Below, in pieces: positions 48,521 through 62,354 of a stretch of DNA of 64,000 nt. Location: the NCBI GenBank assembly GCA_041613315.1, contig JBFJHJ010000008.1, positions 20,544 through 84,543 on the forward strand, read 5' to 3'. Under the pieces are notes generated by a model. The model was given only the letters and a program-made list of their open reading frames with translations, had not been told where the DNA came from and made no database searches. Within the stretch, counting starts at the first letter, position 1; each line of letters starts with the position of its first letter. The stretch is from Gemmatimonadales bacterium. Its GTDB lineage: Bacteria; Gemmatimonadota; Gemmatimonadetes; Gemmatimonadales; GWC2-71-9. The position numbers and the translations under genes are program-made.

Positions 48521-49579
48521 ATGCCTCGATTCCTGCGTATCGCGTACGCCCTGACCGCCCTGGCCGTCTCGTTGAGCGGTGCCGCCGCAGCGCAAGGCGA
48601 GCCCATCCGCGTGGTGACGTCCCTGAGCACCTACGCGGCGATCGCCCGTGAGATTGCGGGCGATCGCGCCGAGGTCGCGTCCATCGCCGAGGGCGACGAG
48701 AACCCACACTTCGTCCAGCCGAAACCCAGCTTCGTGCTCCTGCTCCGGCGCGCGGATTTGTTCGTCACGACAGGACTCGACCTCGAGCTGTGGGTGCCCG
48801 CCCTGGTGGACAAGGCCAGCAACCCGCGGATTCGCAGCGGGCAGCCCGGCTTCGTCACGGCCTACCCGGGGATCCGGCTGCTGAACGTGCCGGCCGCCGT
48901 GAGCCGCTCCGAGGGCGATATCCACCTCTTCGGGAATCCCCACATCTGGACCGACCCCGCCAACGCCATCATCATCGGCGGCAACATCCTCACCGGGCTC
49001 AAACGGGTGTCCCCGGCGAACACCGACCTGTTCGAGCGGCGGTTCCAGGCGTGGAAGGTCCGCGTGCTTCGCGCCTACGTCGGCGATTCCCTCGTCCAGC
49101 TCTTGAGCGCGGACGTCGTGTTCGACCTCGCCCGGGAAGGCACGTTGCGCAGTTTCCTCCGGTCGCAGTCGTATCAGGGGCGACCGCTGGCCGACCGGGT
49201 CGGCGGGTGGCTCGCGCAGAGCGCGGCCTTCGACGGACGGGAGATGGTCTGCTACCACAAGGAGTGGGACTACTTCAGCCGCGCGTTCGGCGTCCCGTGT
49301 GTCGACTACGTCGAACCCAAACCCGGCATCCCACCCACGCCCCGCCACGTGGCGGAAATCATCTCGCTGATGCGCGAGCGGCGCATCCCGGTGCTGTTCT
49401 CGACGAACTACTACGACCGCAACCAGGTCCAGTCCGTGGCGCAGCGGACGGGCGCCACCGCGGTCATCGTTCCATCCAACACCGGTGGGGCGCCCGGCAC
49501 CGACACCTACATCGCCCTCGTCTCCCAGTGGATCCGGGAGCTGGCCAAAGGGTTCGGCGGCGCGGCCGCAGCGCCCTGA
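48521..49579 (+). CDS. Zn/Mn ABC substrate-binding protein (ZnuA/TroA family)
   Basis: ENPHFVQP, GLDLE.W, DIHLFGNPHIWTDP, YHKEWDYF, EPKPGIPP. Confidence 0.9.
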   Translation: MPRFLRIAYALTALAVSLSGAAAAQGEPIRVVTSLSTYAAIAREIAGDRAEVASIAEGDENPHFVQPKPSFVLLLRRADLFVTTGLDLELWVPALVDKASNPRIRSGQPGFVTAYPGIRLLNVPAAVSRSEGDIHLFGNPHIWTDPANAIIIGGNILTGLKRVSPANTDLFERRFQAWKVRVLRAYVGDSLVQLLSADVVFDLAREGTLRSFLRSQSYQGRPLADRVGGWLAQSAAFDGREMVCYHKEWDYFSRAFGVPCVDYVEPKPGIPPTPRHVAEIISLMRERRIPVLFSTNYYDRNQVQSVAQRTGATAVIVPSNTGGAPGTDTYIALVSQWIRELAKGFGGAAAAP

Positions 49580-49603
49580 GCGTACTCACCAAAGGCACGC
49601 CGC

Positions 49604-50434
49604 ATGTCCGATCTGCTGCAGTTGATGGTCGCTCCGTTCGCCGCATGCATGGTACTGGTCGCCATGCTCGCCTACCTCGGCGTGCACGTCATCGCGCGCG
49701 AGGTGATCTTTGTCGATCTGTCGTTGGCGCAGATGGCGGCGCTTGGAAGCACCCTGGCCTTACTCTTCGGCGTCGCGCCGGATTCGGCGTTGGGCTATGG
49801 CTTCGCACTCGCCGCGACGACCCTGGGCGCCTTCATCTTCGCGATGACGCGCACCGTCAGGGCCCGTCAGCGCGTCCCACACGAGGCGATCATCGGCATC
49901 GTGTTCGTCGTCGCCTCGGCGGCCGCCATCCTCGTCGCGGATCGCGCACCCCGAGGAGGCGAGGCCATCAAGGAGGTGCTGGTGGGCAGCATCCTCTGGG
50001 TCACCTGGTCCGACATCCTGCAGATGGCGCTCGTGTATGTCGCTATCGGGCTGTTTCACTGGGTGTTCCGGCATCGGTTCCTCACGATTTCCCTCCACGA
50101 GGACACCGCGCTGTCACAAGGGTGGAATATCCGCGCCTGGGATTTCCTGTTCTACGTGTCGTTTGGGATCGCCATCACGCTCGCCGTCCCCATTGCGGGC
50201 GTGCTGCTCGTCTTCACCTTCCTCGTGGTCCCGGCCGTCGTCGCCTTCCTGTTCGCACGTCAGACAGCAGCGCTGATCGCGATCAGCTGGGTAGCGTCGG
50301 CGGTGGCATCGGCCGCGGGGCTCGTCATCTCCTTTCAGTTCGACCTGCCTACGGGTCCGCTGATCGTGTGCGTGTTCGGGGTCGTGCTGCTGGCGGCCGG
50401 GGCGGTCCGGCACCTCGCGCCATCCGCCGCGTGA
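49604..50434 (+). CDS. Metal ABC permease (ZnuB/ABC-3 family)
   Basis: YLGVHVIAREVIFVDLSLAQ, EAIIGI, GVLLVFTFLVVPA, DLPTGP. Confidence 0.9.
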   Translation: MSDLLQLMVAPFAACMVLVAMLAYLGVHVIAREVIFVDLSLAQMAALGSTLALLFGVAPDSALGYGFALAATTLGAFIFAMTRTVRARQRVPHEAIIGIVFVVASAAAILVADRAPRGGEAIKEVLVGSILWVTWSDILQMALVYVAIGLFHWVFRHRFLTISLHEDTALSQGWNIRAWDFLFYVSFGIAITLAVPIAGVLLVFTFLVVPAVVAFLFARQTAALIAISWVASAVASAAGLVISFQFDLPTGPLIVCVFGVVLLAAGAVRHLAPSAA

Positions 50435-50506
50435 CGCCGCGCTCTTCCGTCGCTCCGGGCGCTGCGGCACCTTAGGGAACCTTTGACACGCGAGCACTGC
50501 TGAGGC

Positions 50507-52771
50507 ATGCCCCTTCGCCCACAGGACGCCCTCGATTATCACGCCCAGGGCCGACCCGGCAAGATCCAGGTCACGTCCACCAAGCCGTTCAAAGATCAGC
50601 GGGATCTCTCCCTCGCCTATACGCCGGGCGTGGCCGAGCCCTGCCGCGCGATCCGCGACAACCCACTCGACGCCTATCGCTACACCGCGAAGGGAAACCT
50701 GGTGGCGGTCGTCTCGAACGGGACGGCCGTCCTGGGACTCGGCAACATCGGCGCCCTCGCCGGCAAGCCGGTGATGGAGGGCAAGGGGATGCTGTTCAAG
50801 CATTTCGCCGACATCGATGTGTTCGACCTCGAAGTGGGGTCCGAAGAGCCGGACGATGTGATCCGCTTCTGTCAGTTGCTCGAACCGACCGTGGGCGGCA
50901 TCAACCTCGAGGACATCCGGGCGCCCGATTGCTTCGTGGTCGAAGAGCGGCTGCGAGAGACGCTGTCCATTCCCGTGTTCCACGACGATCAGCACGGCAC
51001 CGCGATCATCACGGGGGCGGCGTTGCTCAACGCGCTCCGGATCGTGGAGAAGGAGATCGCGGATGTGAAGATCGTCTTCGCCGGCGCCGGGGCAGCGGCG
51101 GTGGCCTCGGCGGAGCACTATGTCCGCCTCGGCGTACCGCGAGAGCACATCTTCATGTTCGACAAGGACGGTGTGCTGCACGCCGACCGCACGGATCTCG
51201 ACCGCTACCGCCGACGCTTTGCGCAGGACACCCCGGCGCGGGACCTGACCGGTCTGATCGAGGGCGCCGACGTCTTCGTCGGACTGTCGGTGGGCAACCT
51301 CGTAACGCCAGCGATGCTTCGCGCGATGGCGGCCCGGCCGATCGTGTTCGCGTTGGCCAACCCCGTCCCGGAAATCACCCCGGAGGAGGTGGCCGCGGTC
51401 CGCGACGACGCGATCGTCGCCACGGGCCGGTCCGATTACCCGAACCAGGTCAACAACGTCCTCGGGTTTCCGTTCATCTTCCGAGGCGCGCTCGACGTCG
51501 AAGCGCAGGCCATCAACGAGGACATGAAAATGGCGGCCACGCGCGCCCTGGCGGCGTTGGCCCGGGAGGACGTGCCCGACGCCGTGATGCGGGCCTATGG
51601 GGTCGACCAGCTCCGCTTCGGGCCCGACTACATCATCCCCAAACCGTTCGATCCCCGGGTCTTGTTGTGGGTGGCGCCTGCCGTGGCCGAAGCGGCGATG
51701 ATCTCGGGGGTCGCCCGCGTGGAGGTCGATTTCGAGCAGTACCGGGCGACGCTGGAGGGGCGCCTGGGACGGGCGCGCGCGGTCATGCGCGGCCTCATGG
51801 GCCGGGCGATCGCCGCCACCCAACGGATCGTGTTTCCGGAGGGCGAGCTGCCGCGGATCATCCGCGCGGCGCGCATCCTCGTGGACGAGTGCATCGCCCA
51901 CCCCATGCTCTTGGGAAGCCGCCGGCGGATCGAGCAGGAAGCGGGTGAGTTGGGGCTGGAACTGGACGGGGTCGAGATCCTCGATCCCGACGAGTCGCCC
52001 CGGCGTGAGACGTATGCCCGCGCCTTCTGGGACCGCCGCCGGCGCAAGGGGATCACTCTCGCGGAAGCCCGGACGCGCTTGCGCCAGCCGATCTACTACG
52101 GGTGCATGATGCTCGACGCGGGCGACGCCGAGGCGCTGGTCGCCGGCGATGACATGTACTACCCGGAGACGATCCGGCCGGCGCTCGAGACCATCGGCAT
52201 GGCGGGCGACCAGGGCGCGATCTGCAGCATTTACATGATGATCCTCCCGCAAGAGACGTACTTCTTCGCCGATTGCACGGTGAACATCGAGCCCGATGCC
52301 GAGCGCCTGGCGCGGATCGCGTCCGCGACGGCCCACTTCGTATGGCATCTCGGGATCGAGCCCCGGGTCGCCATGCTCTCCTTCTCGAACTTCGGCTCCG
52401 CCCGGCATGCGCACTCGGAGCGCGTCGCCGAGGCGGTGCGCCTGTTACACGAGCGGGAGCCCCAGCTCATGGTGGACGGCGAGATGCAGGCGGACGCCGC
52501 GGTGAGCGACGCGATCCTGAAGGAGCGTTATCCCTTCGCCAAGCTGCGGACGGCCGCCAATGTGTTAATTTTCCCTGACCTGAACGCCGCCAACATCGCG
52601 TACAAGCTGCTCATGCGCTTGGGCGGCGCTCAGGCCATCGGCCCCATTCTGGTGGGCATGGCGAAGCCGGTCCATGTGCTCCAGCGGGGCTCGGACGTCA
52701 GCGACATCGTGAATATGTCGGTGATTGCGGCAGTGGATGCGCAGGAGCGTGCGCGCCACGGCCATGCCTAG
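50507..52771 (+). CDS. maeB: NADP-dependent malic enzyme with PTA domain
   Basis: [39 protein letters not shown]-terminal PTA domain (DGEMQAD, NIAYKL). Confidence 0.96.
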   Translation: MPLRPQDALDYHAQGRPGKIQVTSTKPFKDQRDLSLAYTPGVAEPCRAIRDNPLDAYRYTAKGNLVAVVSNGTAVLGLGNIGALAGKPVMEGKGMLFKHFADIDVFDLEVGSEEPDDVIRFCQLLEPTVGGINLEDIRAPDCFVVEERLRETLSIPVFHDDQHGTAIITGAALLNALRIVEKEIADVKIVFAGAGAAAVASAEHYVRLGVPREHIFMFDKDGVLHADRTDLDRYRRRFAQDTPARDLTGLIEGADVFVGLSVGNLVTPAMLRAMAARPIVFALANPVPEITPEEVAAVRDDAIVATGRSDYPNQVNNVLGFPFIFRGALDVEAQAINEDMKMAATRALAALAREDVPDAVMRAYGVDQLRFGPDYIIPKPFDPRVLLWVAPAVAEAAMISGVARVEVDFEQYRATLEGRLGRARAVMRGLMGRAIAATQRIVFPEGELPRIIRAARILVDECIAHPMLLGSRRRIEQEAGELGLELDGVEILDPDESPRRETYARAFWDRRRRKGITLAEARTRLRQPIYYGCMMLDAGDAEALVAGDDMYYPETIRPALETIGMAGDQGAICSIYMMILPQETYFFADCTVNIEPDAERLARIASATAHFVWHLGIEPRVAMLSFSNFGSARHAHSERVAEAVRLLHEREPQLMVDGEMQADAAVSDAILKERYPFAKLRTAANVLIFPDLNAANIAYKLLMRLGGAQAIGPILVGMAKPVHVLQRGSDVSDIVNMSVIAAVDAQERARHGHA

Positions 52772-52797
52772 CGCCGCCGGCGAAAGCGACGGGACTC

Positions 52798-54411
52798 ATG
52801 GCAACACCCTCCTATACGAGACCCTCGAAACGCCCGACCCACACGATCGCCGCGGGCCTGGACGCGCCGGGCACGGTGCGCTGGAACCTCCCGCCCTCGG
52901 CGCTCGTGGAGGCCGCGGTGCGCGGTGGCGAGGGACAGCTGGCCAACGAGGGCCCGTTCATCGCTCTCACCGTTCCGCACACGGGACGTTCCCCGAACGA
53001 CAAGTTCGTCGTTCGGGAACCCAACACCGAACGCGATATCTGGTGGGGAAAGGTGAATCAGCCCCTGGCGCCGGCGCACTGGACGCAACTGCACAACGAC
53101 GTGCGCACCTACCTCGGCCGCCGCGAGGAGCTCTTTGTCCGGGACCTGTTCGCGGGGGCCGATCCTGCCCACCGGGTGCCCGTGCGGTTCGTGAGCACGC
53201 ACGCGTGGCACACGTTGTTCGTGTCGAACATGTTCCTGCACCCCGACACCGATGAGCTCGCCGCGTTTGAGCCGGACTATACGGTGTTGCACGCCCCGGA
53301 ACTGCAGGCGGACCCCGCCCGACACGGCACCCGCACCGGTACCTTCATCGTGCTGCACTTCGCCGCACGCACGGTGCTCATCGGCGGGACCAGGTATGCG
53401 GGCGAAATGAAGAAATCCATGTTTTCGGTGCTCAACTATCTGTACCCCCTGCGCAACGTGCTCGCCATGCACTGCTCGGCGAACGTGGGGGCCGACGGCA
53501 CGGTAGCGCTGTTCTTCGGGCTGTCCGGAACGGGGAAGACCACCCTCTCCGCCGACGCCTCGCGGGGCCTCATCGGCGACGACGAGCACGGGTGGAGCGA
53601 CGACGGCGTGTTCAACTTCGAAGGCGGGTGTTATGCCAAGGTGATCCGGCTCTCGGCGGAGGGCGAACCGGAGATCTACGCCGCGACGCGTCGCTTCGGC
53701 ACGATCCTCGAGAACGTGGTCCTCGACCCGGCGACCCGGACGATCGATCTCGACGACGACCGCATCACCGAGAACACCAGGGCCTCGTATCCGATCCACT
53801 TCATTCCCAACTACGTCCCTGCCGGCCGCGCCGGTCATCCCAAGGACATCGTGTTCCTGACGGCCGACGCGTTCGGCGTCCTACCGCCGGTCGCGCGTCT
53901 CACGCCGGAGCAGGCGATGTACCACTTCCTCTCGGGATACACGGCCAAGGTGGCGGGCACAGAGCGCGACGTCACCGAGCCGCAGGCCACGTTCAGTGCG
54001 TGCTTCGGCGCTCCGTTCCTGCCGCTCCCGCCCAGGCGCTACGCCGCGATGCTCGGCGAGCGAATCGCCGCGCATCGCGTGCGCTGCTGGCTCGTCAACA
54101 CCGGCTGGACCGGTGGGCCCTACGGCGAGGGGACGCGGATGAAGCTCGCATACACGCGGGCGATGGTGCGCGCGACGTTGGACGGACGTCTCGACGCCGT
54201 GGCGACCCGTCGCGACCCGGTCTTCGGACTCGAGGTGCCCACGGCCGTGCCCGACATCCCGGCGGCGATCCTCGACCCGCGCGGCACCTGGAAGGACCCG
54301 TCCCGTTACGACGCGCAGGCCGCCAAGCTGGCCCGCATGTTCCGCGACAACTTCGTGCAGTTCGCGGACGGAGTGTCCGACGCCGTCAGGGCGGCCGGTC
54401 CCCGAGCCTGA
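52798..54411 (+). CDS. pckA: Phosphoenolpyruvate carboxykinase (ATP)
   Basis: [50 protein letters not shown]. Confidence 0.97.
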   Translation: MATPSYTRPSKRPTHTIAAGLDAPGTVRWNLPPSALVEAAVRGGEGQLANEGPFIALTVPHTGRSPNDKFVVREPNTERDIWWGKVNQPLAPAHWTQLHNDVRTYLGRREELFVRDLFAGADPAHRVPVRFVSTHAWHTLFVSNMFLHPDTDELAAFEPDYTVLHAPELQADPARHGTRTGTFIVLHFAARTVLIGGTRYAGEMKKSMFSVLNYLYPLRNVLAMHCSANVGADGTVALFFGLSGTGKTTLSADASRGLIGDDEHGWSDDGVFNFEGGCYAKVIRLSAEGEPEIYAATRRFGTILENVVLDPATRTIDLDDDRITENTRASYPIHFIPNYVPAGRAGHPKDIVFLTADAFGVLPPVARLTPEQAMYHFLSGYTAKVAGTERDVTEPQATFSACFGAPFLPLPPRRYAAMLGERIAAHRVRCWLVNTGWTGGPYGEGTRMKLAYTRAMVRATLDGRLDAVATRRDPVFGLEVPTAVPDIPAAILDPRGTWKDPSRYDAQAAKLARMFRDNFVQFADGVSDAVRAAGPRA

Positions 54412-54421
54412 TCCGGCCGCC

Positions 54422-55717
54422 GTAGCGGCCGGCGGCGACTTCGAGGTCATCCGCGACCCGCTCTGGAACAACATCCGGGTGGACGCCGAGGCGCTGGACG
54501 TCCTCGACAGCGAGCCGTTCCAGCGGCTCCGCTACGTCCGACAACTGGGCCACGCGTTCCTGGTCTACCCCGGCGCAACCCACTCGCGCTTCGAGCACGC
54601 GCTCGGCACCTACCATCTGGCGCGCCGCGCCCTCGCGCTCCTCGCCGAGCGCGGTGAGCTGCGTGGCCTTCCCGACACGGACATCACCCTCGTCCGGCTG
54701 GCCGCGCTCCTGCACGACGTCGGCCATTACCCCTTCTCGCATGCGCTCGAAGAGATCGGCCTCCCATCGCACGAGACGCTCGCCCGGGAACGGTTTCGTC
54801 ACGCCGAGCTGGCCGCCGCCCTGCGGCGGACCGGCATCCCCGACGTGGAGTCGCAGCTCGCGACGCTGATCCGCGGCGCCAGCCCGAGCCCGCTCCAGGG
54901 GCTGATCTCGGGTTCCCTCGACCTCGACAAGATCGAGTACCTCACGCGGGACGCCCGCATGTGCGGTGTGCCGTACGGCACGGTGGATGTGGATCGCCTG
55001 CTCCACTCGATCACGCTGGTGGAGGGCGAGGGCGGCACGCGGGAGGTGGGCGTGCACGAGAAGGGCGTCGCGGCCCTCGAGTCCCTCCTCTTCGCCAAGT
55101 ACCAGATGTTCCGCAACGTCTACTGGCACCACGCGGTTCGAAGCGCCACCGCGATGTTCAAGCGGCTCGTGCGCGGGGCCGTCGCCGGAGGCGCCCTGGA
55201 CGCCGGCTGGATCCCCCACAGCAGCGACGAAGCGCTCATGGAGGCGCTGCGCCAGCTCGAGGACTCCGCGCTGGCGGTACGGCTCCTCCGGCGGCGGCTC
55301 TACAAGCGGGCGGTGGACCTTCCGGCGTCGGAGATCCCCCCGGGGGCGGGCAGCTGGATTGCCGCGAACCCCGACCTCACCGCGCAAGTGGAGGACCGAC
55401 TCGCGGGGGAGCTCGGGCTCTCGGCCGGCGAGCTGTTGCTCGACTTCCCGTCGAAGCCGGCGATGCTGGACGTCGATCTCCCGCTGCGCACGCGGAGCGG
55501 CCGCATCGAGTGGCTGGGGACGGAGCACGGCGCCGGGCGCATCGGGCTCCCCCGCATCGCGGAGGAACTCCATACCAACGCCCGCCGCCTGCGGCTCTAC
55601 GTGGCGACGCCGGTCACGATTGACGTGCGGACGGTGTTGGGGCTGGCCGAGCGGAGCGCGGAGGATCTGGAGGCGGAGATCGAGGCGGGTCGGGAGCTGC
55701 TGGCGTCATCGCGCTAG
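54422..55717 (+). CDS. HD-domain phosphohydrolase (SAMHD1/dNTPase-like); start codon uncertain
   Basis: IRDPLWNNI, FQRLRYVRQLG, HSRFEHALG, LLHDVGHYPFSH, DLDKIEYL, VYWH. Confidence 0.85.
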   Translation, partial: VAAGGDFEVIRDPLWNNIRVDAEALDVLDSEPFQRLRYVRQLGHAFLVYPGATHSRFEHALGTYHLARRALALLAERGELRGLPDTDITLVRLAALLHDVGHYPFSHALEEIGLPSHETLARERFRHAELAAALRRTGIPDVESQLATLIRGASPSPLQGLISGSLDLDKIEYLTRDARMCGVPYGTVDVDRLLHSITLVEGEGGTREVGVHEKGVAALESLLFAKYQMFRNVYWHHAVRSATAMFKRLVRGAVAGGALDAGWIPHSSDEALMEALRQLEDSALAVRLLRRRLYKRAVDLPASEIPPGAGSWIAANPDLTAQVEDRLAGELGLSAGELLLDFPSKPAMLDVDLPLRTRSGRIEWLGTEHGAGRIGLPRIAEELHTNARRLRLYVATPVTIDVRTVLGLAERSAEDLEAEIEAGRELLASSR

Positions 55718-55933
55718 CGGCGCAGTCGGATCAGCCGGCGCTACGCCCTGCCGCTCGGTCGAGCTCCCGCCGGCTTCCGCCAGTCGCCGCGCCAGCGCCC
55801 GGTAGTATTGCGCCTCGTCCGCGCGGCCGGCGTCGGCCATCGCCACCGCACACACCTCCAGCGCGTACATCAGGGGCCCCAGGTGCTCCGCCGCCACCGC
55901 CCCCACGGCCGCGACGTTGGGGCCGCGGCTCAC
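55706..55933 (-). CDS. Small hypothetical helical protein (75 aa)
   Basis: GTG overlaps the PP2C stop; GC3-rich codons. Confidence 0.55.
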   Translation of the reverse strand: MSRGPNVAAVGAVAAEHLGPLMYALEVCAVAMADAGRADEAQYYRALARRLAEAGGSSTERQGVAPADPTAPLAR

Positions 55934-56718
55934 GCCTGCTCGACGGCCAGCGTGGGCCGGCCGTCGCTGGCCGCATCGACGCTGTCGATCCGGATGACGA
56001 TCACCGTGATGTTATCCAGCCCACCCCGCTGATTGGCCTCGGTAATCAGGACATCCACCAGATCGCCCGGCGGGCTGCCACTGCTCAGGATGGACTGCAG
56101 TTCCTGATCCTCTAGCATCCCCGTGAGGCCGTCGGACGCGAGGAGATAAACGTCCTCGGGCCGCACGGTCCCGAGATAGATGTCGGGGACCACGTCGCTG
56201 TTCGCCCCGACGCACCGCGTGATCACGTTACTGTACGGGTGGGTGCGCGCCTGCTCCGGCGTGAGGTAGCCGGCGTCCACCTGCTCCTGCACGTACGAAT
56301 GGTCCTTGGTGATCTGAAACAGGCGCCGTTCCCGCAGCACGTACGCGCGGCTGTCGCCGACCTGCCCGATGAGGTACCGGGGACCGTTGATCACCATGGC
56401 CGTGGCGGTGGTGCCCATCCCGCGCTTGTCTTGCTCGGTGAGCGTGCGTTCGTAAATCAGCCCGTTCGCCGTATGGATCGCTTGGCGAATCAGGTTGGCC
56501 GCTTCCCGGTCGTCCATCCCCACGACACCTTCCAGGGATTCGGCGATGAGTTGCACCGCCATCTCGCTCGCCACCTCACCCGCGGCGTGGCCCCCCATTC
56601 CGTCGGCGACGATGAAGACGCCCCGCTCCGGAAGCATGAGGAAGTTGTCCTCGTTGCCGGACCGAATGACGCCGACGTCCGTACGGCCCGCGCACGTGAA
56701 GCTCACGATGCGTGACAC
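55930..56718 (-). CDS. PP2C-type Ser/Thr protein phosphatase (Stp1/PrpC family)
   Basis: TDVGVIRSGNED, VADGMGGH, GMGTT, VGDSRAY, DHS, SDGL, GGLDNIT. Confidence 0.93.
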   Translation of the reverse strand: MSRIVSFTCAGRTDVGVIRSGNEDNFLMLPERGVFIVADGMGGHAAGEVASEMAVQLIAESLEGVVGMDDREAANLIRQAIHTANGLIYERTLTEQDKRGMGTTATAMVINGPRYLIGQVGDSRAYVLRERRLFQITKDHSYVQEQVDAGYLTPEQARTHPYSNVITRCVGANSDVVPDIYLGTVRPEDVYLLASDGLTGMLEDQELQSILSSGSPPGDLVDVLITEANQRGGLDNITVIVIRIDSVDAASDGRPTLAVEQA

Positions 56719-56719
56719 G

Positions 56720-58162
56720 TCAAGCGCCGAGCAGGAAGTAGGCGGCCGCGGCGGCGGCCAGCGCGAGGAGCAGCAGGAAGAGCCGCCAGCCCCGTCCACC
56801 CGACCGCTTGGCGCGCGCCGTCCGCGGCCGCCGCGGCGCGGTGCGCCGCTTGCCGCGGGGTTTCGTGGCGGGCGCCGGCGCAGCGTCCGGCGGCGCGGCC
56901 GGTGCCGGCACCTCGGCGAACTGCGCCGCGTCGACCACGCGCGTGGCCGCCCCCTGGCGCACGCCCACGGCGTCGTCGATCGGCTCGAACATCACCTGTA
57001 CGTCGCCGAATCGCACCATCGCCCCGGGGGCCAGCGGAACCTCGCCCGTCACGCGATCGCCGTCCACCAGCGTGCCGTTGGTCGACTCGAGATCCACCAG
57101 CATCCAGATGCCCTCGCGCCGCTGCAGCTTCGCGTGCGTGGTCGAGACGCTCGCGTCGGGCAGCACGACGTCGTTATACTCGGCGCGACCGACGTTCACC
57201 ACCGGCACCTTGATGGGGAAGCGGCGGCCCTTGAGCGGCCCTGCCCGGCCCACGAGGTAGGCCAGCACGCTGGCGCCGCTCGGCCGCAACCCGGCACGCC
57301 TGGCCGGCTCCGTCTTCGCGGGATCGGGCGTCCGTCGCACCGCCGGTACGCCGTGCAGCGTATTGCTCAGCCGTTGCTCGGCTCCGGGAGGCGCCGACGG
57401 CGCAGCGGCGGTCGCCTCCCCCGCCCGCGCCTTCGCCGCCCGCTTCGGGCGAACCGGGGCGGCCGGGGCCGCGCTCGCCGTCTCGGCGGGACGCGGCGCC
57501 TCCGCCGCGAGATCGGCGTAGAACCGAAACTCGTACTCGCCGCACGCAATCACGTCACCCCGCGACAGGAGCTGCTCTCCCGTCACCTTGTCGCCGTTCA
57601 CGATCGTGCCGTTGGTGCTCGAATCGACCAACACGTAGCCCTTGGGCGTCGCGACGATCTCCGCGTGTCGGCGCGAAACGTTCTTGCTCGTGATGACCAC
57701 GTCGCACGCGGCGTCGCGGCCGATCACCAGCGACGCGCCCAGGATCGCATACTCGCGCCCGTCCGTCAGCGACACGAGCCGGCCGCCGGACGCGGCCGTC
57801 GCCTGCCGCGCGCCCGTCCGTTTCGGCGCCTGCGCGGACGAGGGGTCGTACGCCTGCACGTACTGCGTGCTCCCGCTCCGCCGTTCATCCACGAACAGCA
57901 GTTCGTGACCGCCGATGGCCACCTTGTCGCCGTGGAGGAGCGGGGTCGGCTGGGGCCCCATGTGGACCCCGTTGATGAGCACCTCGAGGTCGTCGGCCGC
58001 TTTGCGAATCACGACTTGGCCGTCCGGGAGACCCCGCACGATCGCGTGCTTCGGCGCCACGCCTGCGGCGGCGAGCGCGATTCCCGTGGACTCGCCACTC
58101 CCAATGATCAATTCACCCGTGGGAACCGGGTGGCGCTGACCACCGATTTCGAGAAAGGCCAT
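56720..58162 (-). CDS. Triple-FHA-domain protein with C-terminal TM anchor
   Basis: IGS..VAPKHA; IGR..VSRRHA..STNGT; VGR..VSTTHA..STNGT; C-terminal hydrophobic helix. Confidence 0.9.
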   Translation of the reverse strand: MAFLEIGGQRHPVPTGELIIGSGESTGIALAAAGVAPKHAIVRGLPDGQVVIRKAADDLEVLINGVHMGPQPTPLLHGDKVAIGGHELLFVDERRSGSTQYVQAYDPSSAQAPKRTGARQATAASGGRLVSLTDGREYAILGASLVIGRDAACDVVITSKNVSRRHAEIVATPKGYVLVDSSTNGTIVNGDKVTGEQLLSRGDVIACGEYEFRFYADLAAEAPRPAETASAAPAAPVRPKRAAKARAGEATAAAPSAPPGAEQRLSNTLHGVPAVRRTPDPAKTEPARRAGLRPSGASVLAYLVGRAGPLKGRRFPIKVPVVNVGRAEYNDVVLPDASVSTTHAKLQRREGIWMLVDLESTNGTLVDGDRVTGEVPLAPGAMVRFGDVQVMFEPIDDAVGVRQGAATRVVDAAQFAEVPAPAAPPDAAPAPATKPRGKRRTAPRRPRTARAKRSGGRGWRLFLLLLALAAAAAAYFLLGA

Positions 58163-58204
58163 GGCGTGTCCTAGAACGGGGGCGGGTGCGCCCCCAACCG
58201 AAAA

Positions 58205-58233
58205 AAGGTAGTCCTCGCATGCATGGCGTGCAA
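58205..58233 (-). promoter_or_regulatory. Sigma-70-type promoter for the FHA/PP2C operon
   Basis: TTGCAC-N17-TACCTT on the minus strand. Confidence 0.55.
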
Positions 58234-58280
58234 CGTGAGCGGCCGCCGAAGGTTAGGATGCCCCCACGCTTGGCGGGCGG

Positions 58281-59396
58281 TCATTCGGACAGCTCGAGCG
58301 ACGTACCTCCGTCGGCGCCCGCCGCGTCGGCACCCAGCCGTTCCTCGGCCCGGCCCTCCGCCAGCTTGAGCCACCGCCAGAACACGAAGGACCCCACCCC
58401 CACGGTGAGATAGCCCACCAGGATCCGCCACAGCAATACGTAGGTTGGGGTCAGCTCCCGCGGCACGTAGATCGACATCACCGCCGCCGAGAGGATTTCG
58501 GCGAGCCCCGACCCGCCGGGGGTCGGCGCGAAGTACAGCAAGAAGATGAGGAGTGTCTGCAGCAGCAGGACATCCACGAAGGGGGCGTGAATGCCGAGCG
58601 CGCGCAGCACCACGTAGCCCGCAAGCAGTTTGTTGGAGTAGGCCGCGCCGGTCAGCACCATGGCGAGCGCGAGCGAGATCCACCCGCGCCCACGAAAGAA
58701 CGCGACCATCGAATCGTGCGTTCGATCGATGCCGTCGCGAATCGCTTCGACCCGATGCGCGAGGCGCTCACCGCGGTGCGCCTCGAGCCAGCTCACCACG
58801 CGCCGGGCGATCCGCCGCCCGATGCCCGGAAAGAGAATGACCAACAACATGCCGATACCGACGGTGACGAACCCGCCGAGACTGAGCCGGAAAAGATCGT
58901 GGAGCGTCACCACGCGCCCGAGCACCCCGTGCTCCTCCAGCGACCGGCCCGCCCCCAAGAACACCGCCAAGGGCCCCGCCACCGCGAAAAAGAGGATCGT
59001 CGCGACGAAGCTCATGAACGTGGAGATCATGCCCTCGGGTAGCGGCGTGCCGTACCGCTTGAGCACGTAGATTCCCACGGGACCGCCGCCGGCCTGCGAC
59101 GGCGTGAGGAGCGTGGCCCACGCGTTCAGGCCCGCCGAGAAGATCGAACCCTTGAGCGTCGTCTGGGGGTGGACGTGCCGTGCAAGCACCCATAAGCGGA
59201 GTCCGCCCCCCACCCAGTCCATCGAGGCGAGCCCGACTCCCAATGCCACCCACCCCCAACGCAGCGACAGCGTCGCCTGTACGAACAGGTCGAAGTTGTT
59301 GCCGTAGAGGAGGATTCCCCCGAAAACGACCACCGAGATGATCGCGAAGATCTCGAGGCCGCGTCGAAGGAGGCGGGGCGCGATGCTGGTCGCCAT
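58281..59396 (-). CDS. Lysylphosphatidylglycerol synthase TM-domain (flippase-like) membrane protein
   Basis: LTPSQAGG.P, PTPGGSGLAE, LLWR; many TM helices. Confidence 0.85.
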   Translation of the reverse strand: MATSIAPRLLRRGLEIFAIISVVVFGGILLYGNNFDLFVQATLSLRWGWVALGVGLASMDWVGGGLRLWVLARHVHPQTTLKGSIFSAGLNAWATLLTPSQAGGGPVGIYVLKRYGTPLPEGMISTFMSFVATILFFAVAGPLAVFLGAGRSLEEHGVLGRVVTLHDLFRLSLGGFVTVGIGMLLVILFPGIGRRIARRVVSWLEAHRGERLAHRVEAIRDGIDRTHDSMVAFFRGRGWISLALAMVLTGAAYSNKLLAGYVVLRALGIHAPFVDVLLLQTLLIFLLYFAPTPGGSGLAEILSAAVMSIYVPRELTPTYVLLWRILVGYLTVGVGSFVFWRWLKLAEGRAEERLGADAAGADGGTSLELSE

Positions 59397-59485
59397 GGGG
59401 CAGACCAACGTACGCCGCGCCGCCGCCCGCCGTCAACGCGGCGGGCCTGTTGGCCCATGCGCGGCCTGGCTATGCTTCACGCACC

Positions 59486-62311
<2,826 letters not shown>

Positions 62312-62354
62312 CGCAACGTTGACCGGCGGTGCGTCGGAGACAATCTTAGCGCCC

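Noticed and set aside
50114..52414. 766-aa minus-strand ORF
   Set aside because: Antisense shadow of maeB
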